A stretch of 64,000 nucleotides of DNA from Chthonomonadaceae bacterium (GTDB lineage Bacteria; Armatimonadota; Chthonomonadetes; Chthonomonadales; Chthonomonadaceae): the NCBI GenBank assembly GCA_035650735.1, contig DASRGZ010000119.1, positions 1 to 64,000 of the forward strand, given 5' to 3'. The notes under the pieces were generated by a model. It did no database searches. It was not told the DNA's origin and worked only from the letters and a program-made list of their open reading frames with translations. Every line of letters begins with the position of its first letter. The stretch's first letter is position 1. A program made the translations under genes and the position numbers. Below, piece by piece: positions 50,737 through 60,731 of the stretch.

Positions 50737-52035
50737 TTATTCGAGGGTGAAGGAGAGGGCGAACAGCGCCGAGACGACCACCAGCAGGGGATTGATCTCC
50801 CGCCAGCGGCCCCGCGCCAGCAGCAACAGCAGGTAGGCAATGAAGCCGTAGCCGATGCCCCGCGCAATAGAGTAGGTGAGAGGAATAGAGATCAGGGTGA
50901 TGAAGGCGGGCAGACTCTCTTCGAGGCGCTCAAAGGGGATCTCGCGGACATGGGCGAGCATCAGGAAACCGACCACGATGAGCGCGGGCGCGGTGGCCTG
51001 GGCCGGAACGACGCTCACTAGCGGCGCGAAGAAGAGCGCGACCAAAAATAGCACGCCGACCACCGCTGAAGTCAGCCCGGTGCGCCCGCCTTCCCCGACG
51101 CCGCTGGCGCTCTCGATATAGGTGGTCGTGCTGGACGCGCCGCAGATCCCGCCCCACATCGCCGCCAGGCCGTCCACAAAGAGGATGTCGCGTAGGCGCG
51201 GCAGCCGCCCCTCTTTATCCACCAGCCCGGCCTGCCGCCCCACCCCGATAATCGTTCCCATCGCGTCGAAAAAGTCGCTCATGATGAACGCGAGGATGGT
51301 AGCCCAGAGCGCCGGGTTCAGCGCGGCCAGCACATTAGCCTTGCCGAAAGTTGAGAAGTCCGGCTGAGTGAGGAGCGTTTTGGGAGGCACGGCCACGCGC
51401 GCCGCCAGGGCGATCAGCGTGGTCAGGATAATTCCAAGTAGCAGCGCCGACCGCCAGCGCAGGGTGAATAGAATCAGCGTGATCGCCAGCCCTGCCGTCG
51501 CCACCAGCACCGCCTTGTCGTGGAAGGAGCCATAGGTGAGCGGCGCCGCCGGGCTGTTCATCTTAACGAGGCCCGCGTTGACCATGCCCAGCAGCGTGAT
51601 AAACAGCCCGATGCCCACCGAGATCGCCTGCTTCAACGAGAGCGGAATGGCGTTCATGATGGCCTCGCGCGTGCGCGTGAGCACCAGCAAGGCGATGATA
51701 AGGCCCTCGACGACCACGATTCCCATCGCCGTCGGCCAGGGCACCCCGTTTTTCAGACAGACGCCGAAAGCCAGCACCCCGTTAAGGCCCATGCCCGGCG
51801 CCAGCGCATAGGGCGTGTTCGTCCAGAGGCCCATCAGAAGCGTCGGAACGGCGGCGGCCAGGCAGGTCCCGGCGGCCAGCGCAGGAACGCTGTGCTTTAA
51901 GCCGGGGATATTGCTCAGGATTAGCGGGTTGACAAAGATGATGTAGGCCATCGTCATGAAGGTCGTCAACCCGGCGGTCAACTCTGTGCGCACGTCGGTG
52001 CCGCGCTGTCTGAGCCTGAAGTATCTCTCCAGCAT
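50737..52035 (-). CDS. NCS2 family (AzgA/PbuG-like) nucleobase permease
   Basis: AGLTTFMTMAYIIFVNP, APGMGLN, YIESASG...GRTGL. Confidence 0.92.
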   Translation of the reverse strand: MLERYFRLRQRGTDVRTELTAGLTTFMTMAYIIFVNPLILSNIPGLKHSVPALAAGTCLAAAVPTLLMGLWTNTPYALAPGMGLNGVLAFGVCLKNGVPWPTAMGIVVVEGLIIALLVLTRTREAIMNAIPLSLKQAISVGIGLFITLLGMVNAGLVKMNSPAAPLTYGSFHDKAVLVATAGLAITLILFTLRWRSALLLGIILTTLIALAARVAVPPKTLLTQPDFSTFGKANVLAALNPALWATILAFIMSDFFDAMGTIIGVGRQAGLVDKEGRLPRLRDILFVDGLAAMWGGICGASSTTTYIESASGVGEGGRTGLTSAVVGVLFLVALFFAPLVSVVPAQATAPALIVVGFLMLAHVREIPFERLEESLPAFITLISIPLTYSIARGIGYGFIAYLLLLLARGRWREINPLLVVVSALFALSFTLE

Positions 52036-52053
52036 GGGACGCGACCATCCTCC

Positions 52054-53100
52054 TTAACGCAGCCACTCGTCTCGATGCACCGCCACAAAGGCGTCGTCGC
52101 TCAGTTCCGGGTAGGCGCGCAGCACGCGGTCTATCTGTTCCTGCTGCCCTGGCGACAGTCCTTCGTGCGGGTCGAGGCACCAGATACCCCGCATCAATCC
52201 CTGGCGGCGCAGCACCTCATGGATGCCCGCGATGCAGCCCGCAAAGCCGTTGGCCGCGTCGAAAAAGGCCGCATTGGCATCCGTGACCGCTATCGCCTGC
52301 GTCAGCCACTCCGATTCCATCTGCGGGCGGTTGCGGGCGCGCTTGATGTCCTCCAGCATCTCCACCGCCTTCTGCGTCCAGACGGCCCAATGCCCGAGTA
52401 GCCCGCCCGCGATCTGGCGCTCCACCCGCCTTCCTGCGACCGGGAGGACGTACCGGGTCAGCAGGTCTACCACAATGTTATCGTCATTGCCGGTATAAAG
52501 GGCGATGTCGTCCCGGCCCGACTCGGCGACGGCGCGCACCACGTCGAGCGTCTGGTAGCGGTTAAAGGGGGCGATTTTGATGGCGGCCACGTTCTCGATC
52601 TCGGTGAAGCGCCGCCAGAAGGCATAGGAAAACACCCGTCCCCCGACCGCCGGCTGCAAATAGAAGCCGAAAATCGGCAGGACTTCGGCCACCGTGCGGC
52701 AGTGGCGTAGCACCGCGTCGTCGTCGGCTTCTTTCCAGGCGCTCAGGCTCAGCAGCCCCACGTGGTAGCCGAGCGCGCGCGCCAGCTCCGCCTCCGCCAC
52801 CGCCTGCGCCGTCTGCCCGCAGATTCCCGCCACCTTCACAAAGGCGCGCGCCCGCCCGGCCAACGCCGCGTCCACCGTTTCCGAGGCCAGTTCCAGCACC
52901 GGCTTGAGCAGGCCATACTGCGGCTCGCGAATGGCAAACTGCGTGGTGTGTACCCCAACGGCCATGCCGCCCGCGCCCGCCGCCACGTAGTAGCGCGTTA
53001 GCGCCCGCTGATAGCGCTCGTCCAGCTTGCGCTCCGGCGTCAGCGCCAGCGGGTGCGCCGGAATCACCTTCCCCGCCAGCAAATGGTCCCGCAGTTCCAC
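52054..53100 (-). CDS. DapA/NAL-family aldolase-like protein
   Basis: IPAHPLAL, VGVHTTQF, FYLQP, AIKIAPFNRY. Confidence 0.82.
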   Translation of the reverse strand: MELRDHLLAGKVIPAHPLALTPERKLDERYQRALTRYYVAAGAGGMAVGVHTTQFAIREPQYGLLKPVLELASETVDAALAGRARAFVKVAGICGQTAQAVAEAELARALGYHVGLLSLSAWKEADDDAVLRHCRTVAEVLPIFGFYLQPAVGGRVFSYAFWRRFTEIENVAAIKIAPFNRYQTLDVVRAVAESGRDDIALYTGNDDNIVVDLLTRYVLPVAGRRVERQIAGGLLGHWAVWTQKAVEMLEDIKRARNRPQMESEWLTQAIAVTDANAAFFDAANGFAGCIAGIHEVLRRQGLMRGIWCLDPHEGLSPGQQEQIDRVLRAYPELSDDAFVAVHRDEWLR

Positions 53101-53117
53101 GCTCGATCCTTTCTTCA

Positions 53118-53315
53118 AACCACCTGCTGCTAAAGATTCCAACAGGATTAAACAGGATTTCTCAGGATTTACAGGATTAAGGCAAGAGAGAAAAGTCTTC
53201 CAGTCAACTTGTAATCCAGAGGAACAGAAATTCGGTTGGTTGGGTGGGTTTTAGAAATCCTGTTTAATCCTGCCTAATCCTGTTAATCCTGTTGAAAGGT
53301 TTGTTGCGGGTGGTT
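53118..53315. repeat. palindromic element of ACAGGATT/AATCCTGT tandem repeats, same termini as 50464-50728
   Basis: AACCACCTGCTGC ... four CAGGATT units ... four AATCCTG units ... GCGGGTGGTT. Confidence 0.8.
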
Positions 53316-54372
53316 AAAATTTGCCGTCCCGCGCCTCGAAGTGAGTCGGCTTATTGAGGGTGGGGCCACCCTGCTGCACCCATTGCGCGACCCACTCGGT
53401 CATCTGCTCCAGCGTCACCGTCGGGTAGCCGAAGAGGCGGTGCGCCTGGCCGGCGTTGCTCAGGAGGGCCGTCTCCGCCTCCTCGCCCACAAAGGCCGGC
53501 GCACGCCCCAGCAGTTCGCCAAAGCGCGCCGCCAGCGTCCGAATAGAGACCGTTTCCGGGCCGGTGATGTTGAGGGCGACGGGCGGGCAAGCCGCGTGCT
53601 CCAGGCATTGAATGGCCCAGGCGCTCGCGTCGCCCTGCCAGATCACGTTAACGTGTCCCATCGTCAGGTCTACCGGCTCGCCCTGCGCGACCTTCTGCGC
53701 CACGTCCAGCAGGACGCCGTAGCGCAGGTCAATCGCATAGTTCAGGCGGAAAAGCAGCGTCGGCGTGCCGTGCAGCCTGGAGAAGTATTCAAACACGCGC
53801 TCGCGCCCGATACAGGAGTTGGCGTACTCGCCCAGCGGCTCCAGCGGGTCGCCCTCGCGGGAGCCGCCTCGCGCGATGGGCGAATTGGGATAGACGCAGC
53901 CGGTGGAGAAGACGACCGTGCGCGCGCCAGCGTACCGCTCCGCCACCAGCGCCGGAACGAGCGTGTTCAGCACCCAGGTGCGCTCCGGCGCCTCCGTCGT
54001 GCCGAACTTCTGTCCCGCCATGAAAATGACGTTGGGCGCGTCGGGCAGGCCTTGCACGTCCGCGCGGTTAAGTAGGTCGCAGCGCAGCGGCTCCACGCCA
54101 TGCGCTTTCAGTTCTTCGGCCACCGCCGGATTAGAAAAGCGGGCCACTCCATAGACGCGCTGCGTCCTGCCTAGCGTATCCCAAGCGCGTCGGATCATGC
54201 GCGCCAGCGTCGGCCCCATCTTGCCGCCGACGCCCAGCACGGCGATATCGCCCTCCAGTTCCTCTAATGCCTCCAGCACCTCCGCCGTCGGGCGCGAGAG
54301 CAGTTCCTCCAACTCTGCCTCATCCTTGGGCGCAGGCTGGTCCGGCGGTATCACTCGACTTACTGCATGCAT
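53314..54372 (-). CDS. NAD-dependent epimerase/dehydratase (extended SDR)
   Basis: LGVGGKMG, FSTGCVY, YANSC. Confidence 0.85.
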   Translation of the reverse strand: MHAVSRVIPPDQPAPKDEAELEELLSRPTAEVLEALEELEGDIAVLGVGGKMGPTLARMIRRAWDTLGRTQRVYGVARFSNPAVAEELKAHGVEPLRCDLLNRADVQGLPDAPNVIFMAGQKFGTTEAPERTWVLNTLVPALVAERYAGARTVVFSTGCVYPNSPIARGGSREGDPLEPLGEYANSCIGRERVFEYFSRLHGTPTLLFRLNYAIDLRYGVLLDVAQKVAQGEPVDLTMGHVNVIWQGDASAWAIQCLEHAACPPVALNITGPETVSIRTLAARFGELLGRAPAFVGEEAETALLSNAGQAHRLFGYPTVTLEQMTEWVAQWVQQGGPTLNKPTHFEARDGKF

Positions 54373-54387
54373 GGGTTTTTCCTTCTA

Positions 54388-54545
54388 CCTAACCCCCCGG
54401 CCCCCACTGCTAGGGTCGGCCCTGCAACGGTTCGGGCCTCCGCCTAGCGATCCTACGAGGGAAGGGAGGGACCCGGCTTCTCGGTTCCCCCTCTCCCGCA
54501 GCGTGGGAGAGGGGGTTAGGGGGTGGGGGCCATTAGGGCCGGGAG
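54388..54545. repeat. REP-like cluster with one ~47-nt element (54406-54452)
   Basis: ACTGCTAGGG...GCCTAGCGATC within a CCTAACCCCCCGGCCCCC...CTACGAGGGAAGGG host. Confidence 0.8.
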
Positions 54546-55517
54546 TTAGGTTTGTATCGGATAGCCGCCCCGGATGGTATCCACCAACTCCATTGTCTGC
54601 ACGGCATCAGCGAAGTGGCTGGAGGGCTGGCGGCCATCCAAAATGCAATCCACGAAATGCCGGGCCTGCTGGTAGAAGCCGTTGAGCTTGCGCGCATCCG
54701 AAGCGTCCGCGCCGAGCACCTCCGCCGCCGTGCGGTGACGCCGCTGGCTGCCCTCAAGAATCAACTCGTCCATAGCGGTAAGCTGCTCCACGTAGGCCGA
54801 GTAGCCCGGACTGTGTACCTCAAAGCAATGCATGCGCCCTCCGACGTTCCAGTTGCTTTGCAGGACGCCGGTAACGCCGTTGTCGAAGGCGACCAGGGCG
54901 TTCCAGGCGTTGGGGACCGGCGAGTCGTACTGCCCGACGACCGAGGCAACATGGACAACATTGCCGCCGGCCAGATATCTTAGCGTGTCTACCGCGTGAA
55001 TGGCGTCACAGCCGATCACATCCACCGCACCATCGTAGTAGATGGCGGAGGCGCCCTTGAAGAACGTGGCCTGCGCCTGAAGGATATTTCCGCGCTGCTT
55101 CGCCTCATCCAGCGCCAGGTTGAGCAGCGGGTCGTGCCGGCGATTGAAGCCGACCTGCGTGAGGCAGCCGTTTTCCGCCGCCAGGCGGGCCATCGCCTGC
55201 GTCTGGAACGTCGTGACGGCGGGCGGCTTCTCGATAAAGACATGCAGGCCGCGCTTGAGGCAGGTAACGACGATGTCAAAGAGTTGGTGGGGCGGCATGA
55301 AGACGCAGACGGCCTGCGGCTCTATCGCATCCAGCATCTCCCGGTAGTCGGCAAAGTGGCGTGGGATGTCCAGCTTTTCCGCCAGCGCCGCGCGCTTCTC
55401 TGCGACCAGATCGCACAGGCCCGCCAGTTCCACTTCCCGAAACTCGGCCAGGGAAGGATAGTGGAATGTGCTCGCCATCCCGCCAGCGCCGATCAGGCCA
55501 AACTTGATTTTGGACAT
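54546..55517 (-). CDS. Gfo/Idh/MocA family oxidoreductase
   Basis: IGAGGMA, HVFIEKP, VGFNRRH, DAIHAVD. Confidence 0.92.
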   Translation of the reverse strand: MSKIKFGLIGAGGMASTFHYPSLAEFREVELAGLCDLVAEKRAALAEKLDIPRHFADYREMLDAIEPQAVCVFMPPHQLFDIVVTCLKRGLHVFIEKPPAVTTFQTQAMARLAAENGCLTQVGFNRRHDPLLNLALDEAKQRGNILQAQATFFKGASAIYYDGAVDVIGCDAIHAVDTLRYLAGGNVVHVASVVGQYDSPVPNAWNALVAFDNGVTGVLQSNWNVGGRMHCFEVHSPGYSAYVEQLTAMDELILEGSQRRHRTAAEVLGADASDARKLNGFYQQARHFVDCILDGRQPSSHFADAVQTMELVDTIRGGYPIQT

Positions 55518-55639
55518 AGCTTCCGCTCCCTTGAGTGCCCGGTAGAACTGCGCCGAGGGCTAGGGCTATTGTAGGCATTGGAACCGAATTCGTCAAGAGG
55601 TCAAGCACCTTCGACGCCAATGAACTCCCTGCGGCGACT

Positions 55640-55882
55640 GCCCTCACCCCCTGCCCCCTACTGCCAGGGTCGGCCCTGCAATGGTTCGGGCCTCCGCCTG
55701 GCGATCCCCAAGAACAGGGGAGGGGAGAGGGGAAGCCTTGTTCTACCCTCATCCCCGGCCCTTCTCCCTAGCAGGGAGAAGGGAGAAGAGAAGCCGGGTC
55801 CCCCCCTTCCCTGTGAGCGGAGCAAAGGTTCCTTAGTCCCTTAGAACCTTAGAACCCTAGCACCCTCAGAACCCTAGCACCT
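55640..55882. repeat. REP-like cluster with one ~47-nt element (55660-55706) plus CCYTAG(A/C)A 8-mer tandem (55831-55881)
   Basis: Read directly from the sequence. Confidence 0.8.
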
Positions 55883-56021
55883 TGTGAGCGTAGCGAACGT
55901 ATTAGGGAAGGGGGACGGGGGTAGGTCAAGAAGGGCCGAAGGAGGACGCAGGAATCTCCCCTTCAGACCGCGAATGGGAATGCCATCGTAGCCAGGCAGG
56001 GAACCCAGGAGGCAGGTAGAG

Positions 56022-57365
56022 GTGGGCTTGACAGGACAAAGGCTAAAGCCGGTAATCCGGGAGCGGAGAACGCAGGGCTTCTCCGCTCCCGCCGCACTAC
56101 TGCTCGTCCTCCTGCTGCTGGCGTGGGCGGCGCTGCCGGGCTGCGGCAGGCTGCGGGCGGCGGAGAAGAACACGATTACCATCCGATCCTCCTTCTGGGG
56201 AGCGGCGCAGGACGCCAAAGTCTGGCAGGAGCTGGCGCGGGAATTTGAACGACAGCATCCGAACATCCGGATCCAACTCGAACATATCGCCGGGCAGGAC
56301 TATCACGCCAAGCTGTTTGCCATGGCGGTCGGGCGCTGCCTGCCCGATGTGATGGCTACCGACGATGAGCCGTTTCGCTTCCTCTCCGACAACGGCGTCT
56401 ACGAAGACCTCACGCCCTACCTGGCCCATGAGCCGCAGCTGGCCCGCAACCAGTTTTATACCGCCGCCTACGATACATTCCACGTAGGCAAGAGGCAATA
56501 CGCCCTGCCCTACATCGCCCATTGCCTGCTCATCTACTACAACCGCGACCACCGCCGCGCCGCCGGATTGCCCCCCGATCCCAAGCCCAACTGGACCTGG
56601 GAGGACTTCAACCACGATGCCATTGCCCTGACCCGCGACCTGGACGGCGACGGGCGCATAGACCAGTTCGGCGCCAACCGCCTCTCCTGGTTCTATTGCC
56701 TGCAATGGATATGGGGCGCGGGCGGCACGGACATGGACCCGCAGATGACCCGCTACGTCTTCGATACGCCGCAGGCCAAGCGCGGCTTCCAGTTCCACTA
56801 CGACCAGATGCACAAGTACCACATCTGCCCGATGGAAAGCGACCTGCCCAACATGACCTGGGAATCCATGTTCCTGACGGGCAAGGTCTCGATGTTCATG
56901 ACCGGCTCCTGGTGGCTGGAGCAGTGCCGCCAGGCTAAGAACATAGACTGGGACGTGGCTCCCATGCCGCGCGGCCCGGTCTGCCAGGCCACGCGCGCCA
57001 CCACCGAGGGCCTGGCGATCTCGCCGCAATCCCCGCATAAACAAGAGGCATGGGAGTGGATCAAGTTCGTCCTGAGCGATGCGGGGCAAGCCGTCTTTGC
57101 GCGCTACGGGCGCGGCATTCCCAGCATTCGGCGCGTGGCGCAGCAGGTCTTTCCCGACCCGAAGACGCCACAGCATGAGGAGCGCTTCCTCTATGCCCTC
57201 GACCGCTACGCCCACATCACCAGCATTCACGCCCACTGGCTACAGACGGCCCGCGTCTTCGACCGGGAGTGGGACCGCGTCATGATGGGCAAAATTAATA
57301 TTGACCAGTTCGTGCGGATCTCCCTGCCGGAAGTCAACGCCATTGTGCGAGGAGAGGACGAGTGA
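56022..57365 (+). CDS. sugar ABC transporter substrate-binding lipoprotein
   Basis: LPGC lipobox; FERQHPNIRI, PDVM, YALP, IYYN, WTWEDF, WDVAPMP; start uncertain. Confidence 0.9.
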   Translation: MGLTGQRLKPVIRERRTQGFSAPAALLLVLLLLAWAALPGCGRLRAAEKNTITIRSSFWGAAQDAKVWQELAREFERQHPNIRIQLEHIAGQDYHAKLFAMAVGRCLPDVMATDDEPFRFLSDNGVYEDLTPYLAHEPQLARNQFYTAAYDTFHVGKRQYALPYIAHCLLIYYNRDHRRAAGLPPDPKPNWTWEDFNHDAIALTRDLDGDGRIDQFGANRLSWFYCLQWIWGAGGTDMDPQMTRYVFDTPQAKRGFQFHYDQMHKYHICPMESDLPNMTWESMFLTGKVSMFMTGSWWLEQCRQAKNIDWDVAPMPRGPVCQATRATTEGLAISPQSPHKQEAWEWIKFVLSDAGQAVFARYGRGIPSIRRVAQQVFPDPKTPQHEERFLYALDRYAHITSIHAHWLQTARVFDREWDRVMMGKINIDQFVRISLPEVNAIVRGEDE

Positions 57366-58384
57366 ACGTGCAGCCTCCACCCGAGATACCCGTTTCCCTC
57401 TCGCGCCGGGATACAGGCGACGCGGCGGGATATGGCCCCTCCCACGCCGGGCGAGACGGCCGCAGGCCGGTGCGGGCCGGCAGCGCGACGCGGCGCCGGA
57501 GATATTGGGGGCAAACGCTGGAGGGCTACCTCTTCGTCGCTCCCTGGATCGTGGGGTTCGTCACCTTCACCGTGGGGGCCATGCTCTACGCGGTCTGGAT
57601 GTCGTTCCAGCGCTGGAACCTGCTTGCGCCGCCGCAGTTCGTTGGGCTGGCAAACTATCAGAAAGCCTTCTGCCGTGACCCGCTGTTCTGGCAAGCGCTC
57701 GCCAACACGGCCTACTACGCCTTTGTCAGCGTGCCGCTGCGCATCCTGGCCGCCCTGCTGCTGGCCGTGCTGCTCAATCAATCGGTGCGCGGGCTGCCCA
57801 TTTTCCGCACGATCTTCTACCTGCCCTCCGTGGTGACGGGCGTGGCGACCTCCATGCTCTGGATGCTGCTGCTCAACCCGGACGTGGGCGGCATCAACTT
57901 CGTGCTGCGCCGCCTGGGCGTGGCGCACCCGCCCGGCTGGCTGACGGATGAGCACTGGGCCATGCCCGCCCTCATCCTGATGAGCCTCTGGAGCGTCGGC
58001 GGGATGATGTTGATCTTTCTGGCCGGACTGCAGAGCGTCCCCGACGAGCTACTGGACGCGGCGCACGTAGACGGCGCGGGCGCCTGGCACCGCTTCCGCC
58101 ACATCACCGTGCCCATGCTCACGCCTGCCATCCTGTTCAATCTGGTCATCTCGGTTATCGCGGGCTTTCAGGTCTTCACGCAGACCTACATCATGACCGG
58201 CGGCGGCCCCGCCAACGCCACGCTGACCTACGTGCTCTATCTCTATCGCAACGCCTTCGAGTACTTCCGCATCGGCTATGCCTCCGCGCTGGCCTGGATT
58301 CTCTTTTTTATCATCCTGGGGCTGACTCTGCTGATCTTGCGCTCCTCTGCCTTCTGGGTTCACTACGAGGGCGAGCGGCATTAA
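57362..58384 (+). CDS. carbohydrate ABC transporter permease
   Basis: FVGLANY, FRTIFYLP, LLDAAHVDGAG EAA loop. Confidence 0.92.
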   Translation: MNVQPPPEIPVSLSRRDTGDAAGYGPSHAGRDGRRPVRAGSATRRRRYWGQTLEGYLFVAPWIVGFVTFTVGAMLYAVWMSFQRWNLLAPPQFVGLANYQKAFCRDPLFWQALANTAYYAFVSVPLRILAALLLAVLLNQSVRGLPIFRTIFYLPSVVTGVATSMLWMLLLNPDVGGINFVLRRLGVAHPPGWLTDEHWAMPALILMSLWSVGGMMLIFLAGLQSVPDELLDAAHVDGAGAWHRFRHITVPMLTPAILFNLVISVIAGFQVFTQTYIMTGGGPANATLTYVLYLYRNAFEYFRIGYASALAWILFFIILGLTLLILRSSAFWVHYEGERH

Positions 58385-58460
58385 AGGCCGGCCATGAAAC
58401 CCGTTGACTCTTCGAGGGCTTCGACGGCTCACTCGATTCGTTCCAGATTAAAAGCAGACC

Positions 58461-59564
58461 ATGAAACTCGTTGACTTCAGACCGGAACCCATGAGCCCCT
58501 CTGTCCGTGGACGGATGAAGCAGCACCTCTGCCGCTACAGCGTACAGAACGGCCTTCGGCGTGCCCTGACGTATGCCGCCCTCCTGCTCGGCGCGGCGGT
58601 CTACCTGCTGCCTTTCCTCTGGATGGTCTCCAGCTCGTTTAAGGATCTGGAGACCGTTTTCGAGTACCCGCCCACGCTGCTGCCGATGGAGACGCTGACC
58701 GCGGAGCGGGGGGGCAAGCGCTACAAGCTGGCCGACTACACGCCGCCGGGCGGCCAGCCCGTTCGGTCGGTCCTGATCGCCGATCAGCGTCCCGGGCAGT
58801 ACCGGGTCGAGCCGGTCGGCGCCGGGGGGCCGCAGGCGCGGGAGTGGGTGGCCGCGAGTGCGGTCGAGGTGCGGCGGCGCATCCATTTCCGCGTCGAAAA
58901 CTATCGCGCCGCCTGGACTGCCGCGCCGTTTACCCAGTTCCTGATGAACACCTTGATCATCACCGGCCTGGGCATCCTCGGGCAGGTGCTCTCGGCGAGC
59001 TTAGTGGCCTTTGGCTTTGCGCGCCTGCGCTGGCCGGGCCGTAATCTGCTGTTCCTGGTCGTGCTGGCTACCATGATGCTGCCGGGCGAGGTGACGATGA
59101 TCCCCACCTACCTCATCTTCCGGCGTCTGGGCTGGATAGATACCTTCCTGCCGCTGATCGTGCCCTCGTTTCTGGGCGGCGGCGCCTTCTCCATCTTCCT
59201 CTTCCGCCAGTTCTTCATGACGCTGCCGCGCGAGCTGGACGAGGCCGCGCGCGTAGACGGCTGCTCCTCCTTTGCCATCTACTGGCACATACTGATGCCC
59301 CTCTGCAAGCCGATCCTGGCCACCCTGGCCGTCTTCTCCTTCGTGGCCAACTGGAACGACTTCCTGACCCCCCTGATCTACCTCAACAGCGCCGACAAAT
59401 TCACCCTGGCCGTGGGCCTACGCTTCTTCCAGGGCGTCTACAATACCGAGATGCAGCTTCTGATGGCTGCCTCAACCCTCGTGCTGCTGCCGGTCCTGCT
59501 CGTCTTCTTCCTCGGACAAAGATACTTCGTCAAAAGCATCGTCCTGACGGGCATCAAGGGCTGA
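58461..59564 (+). CDS. carbohydrate ABC transporter permease with an enlarged first loop
   Basis: RQFFMTLPRELDEAARVDG, WNDF, QRYFV; start uncertain. Confidence 0.92.
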   Translation: MKLVDFRPEPMSPSVRGRMKQHLCRYSVQNGLRRALTYAALLLGAAVYLLPFLWMVSSSFKDLETVFEYPPTLLPMETLTAERGGKRYKLADYTPPGGQPVRSVLIADQRPGQYRVEPVGAGGPQAREWVAASAVEVRRRIHFRVENYRAAWTAAPFTQFLMNTLIITGLGILGQVLSASLVAFGFARLRWPGRNLLFLVVLATMMLPGEVTMIPTYLIFRRLGWIDTFLPLIVPSFLGGGAFSIFLFRQFFMTLPRELDEAARVDGCSSFAIYWHILMPLCKPILATLAVFSFVANWNDFLTPLIYLNSADKFTLAVGLRFFQGVYNTEMQLLMAASTLVLLPVLLVFFLGQRYFVKSIVLTGIKG

Positions 59565-59633
59565 TGTCTCCATCCCTTCTGGCATGCGGCCTCCCTGCAC
59601 TGGGCTCAGGGCAAGCGCTCAGGGAAGCATCGC

Positions 59634-60380
59634 CTAACCGCCGCGCGCCAGAGCTACTACGCAAACTCTGGCTGCTCCCGCCTCTTTGAGGACTCGCGCC
59701 GCTTCTCTGACCGTCGCCATCGTCGTCAGCACGTCGTCCACGAGCAGCACGGACTGGTTAGCGAAGTGGAACGGCGTCCTGGCTACGAACGCTCCCTGCA
59801 CGTTGGCGGCGCGGTCGGCAGGGGCAAGCGAGGTCTGCGAGCGGGTAGGGCGAATGCGGCGCAGGCCCCCGGAATCCAACGTCCAGTTGCGCTCCTGGGC
59901 CAGGACGTAGGCAATGCGTTCGGCCTGGTTAAAGCCTCGCTGACACAGGCGCGTGGGATGCAGCGGCACCGGCACGACCACATCGAAGGCGGGATGGTCG
60001 GCAGGATGAGAAGGAGGCAGCAGGAGCGTGGGCGGGTTGTCCAATGAGGCGGCAAGCAACCGGCCCAGCGGCAGCGCGAGCGCGGTCTTGCCGTCGTATT
60101 TGAGGCGGTGGATGGCGCGGCGCAGCGGGCCGTGATAAGCGCCCAGCGCCTGCGACCAGGCAAAAGGCGGCTCCGGACCGACCGCGCACGCCGCGCACAC
60201 TATCTCCCCGGCGGGAACGGGCACGCCGCAGCGGTCACAAAACGGCGGCGGGATCGGCGCGATGGCCCCCCGGCAGAGGGCGCACAGCGCCTCCTCCTGC
60301 CGGACGCCGCACACCAGGCAGCGCGGTGGGTAGATCACATCCAGCAGCCCGTTCCAGATCAGCGCGCACTGTTCCCGCAT
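59634..60380 (-). CDS. comF: ComF family protein (double Zn ribbon + PRTase)
   Basis: CLVC, CALC, CDRC, CAAC; VPVPLH, RGFNQA, VLLVDDVLTT. Confidence 0.92.
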   Translation of the reverse strand: MREQCALIWNGLLDVIYPPRCLVCGVRQEEALCALCRGAIAPIPPPFCDRCGVPVPAGEIVCAACAVGPEPPFAWSQALGAYHGPLRRAIHRLKYDGKTALALPLGRLLAASLDNPPTLLLPPSHPADHPAFDVVVPVPLHPTRLCQRGFNQAERIAYVLAQERNWTLDSGGLRRIRPTRSQTSLAPADRAANVQGAFVARTPFHFANQSVLLVDDVLTTMATVREAARVLKEAGAARVCVVALARGG

Positions 60381-60438
60381 GCGTTCGTTCTCGTGATATA
60401 CCTGATTTATCCTGATTGGCGCCCGTGAAGGACGGGTA

Positions 60439-60660
60439 TCAGGAGGGCGGCACGACGGCCCCGGAACGGGCTCCCTCCCAGATGGCCTTCGGCGCATAGG
60501 CATGGCACCACGCGCAGTCCGGGGCGTGCTGCGCGCAGATGCCCCTCCAGGCATCTATATCCGTTAGCGGCGGCAGGTTGTCCGGCTCGTGTACCTTACG
60601 CTTGCAGGAGGGGCACTCCCACTGCCCCTCATTCGTCTCACGATGCGTTTTGCGGTGCAT
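60439..60660 (-). CDS. small Cys/His-rich protein (73 aa), probable Zn-binding
   Basis: AAGGAG RBS; WECPSC...CAQHAPDCAWCH. Confidence 0.6.
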   Translation of the reverse strand: MHRKTHRETNEGQWECPSCKRKVHEPDNLPPLTDIDAWRGICAQHAPDCAWCHAYAPKAIWEGARSGAVVPPS

Positions 60661-60731
60661 AGTAGGGCTCCTTTCGGAATGGCGTTTCCGCATACCGGTC
60701 AAGACGGTAGCTTCCAAAACCATAGCCGAGA

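Noticed and set aside
60439..60660. Monoheme cytochrome c (CAWCH)
   Set aside because: No export signal; extra Cys/His fit Zn binding better
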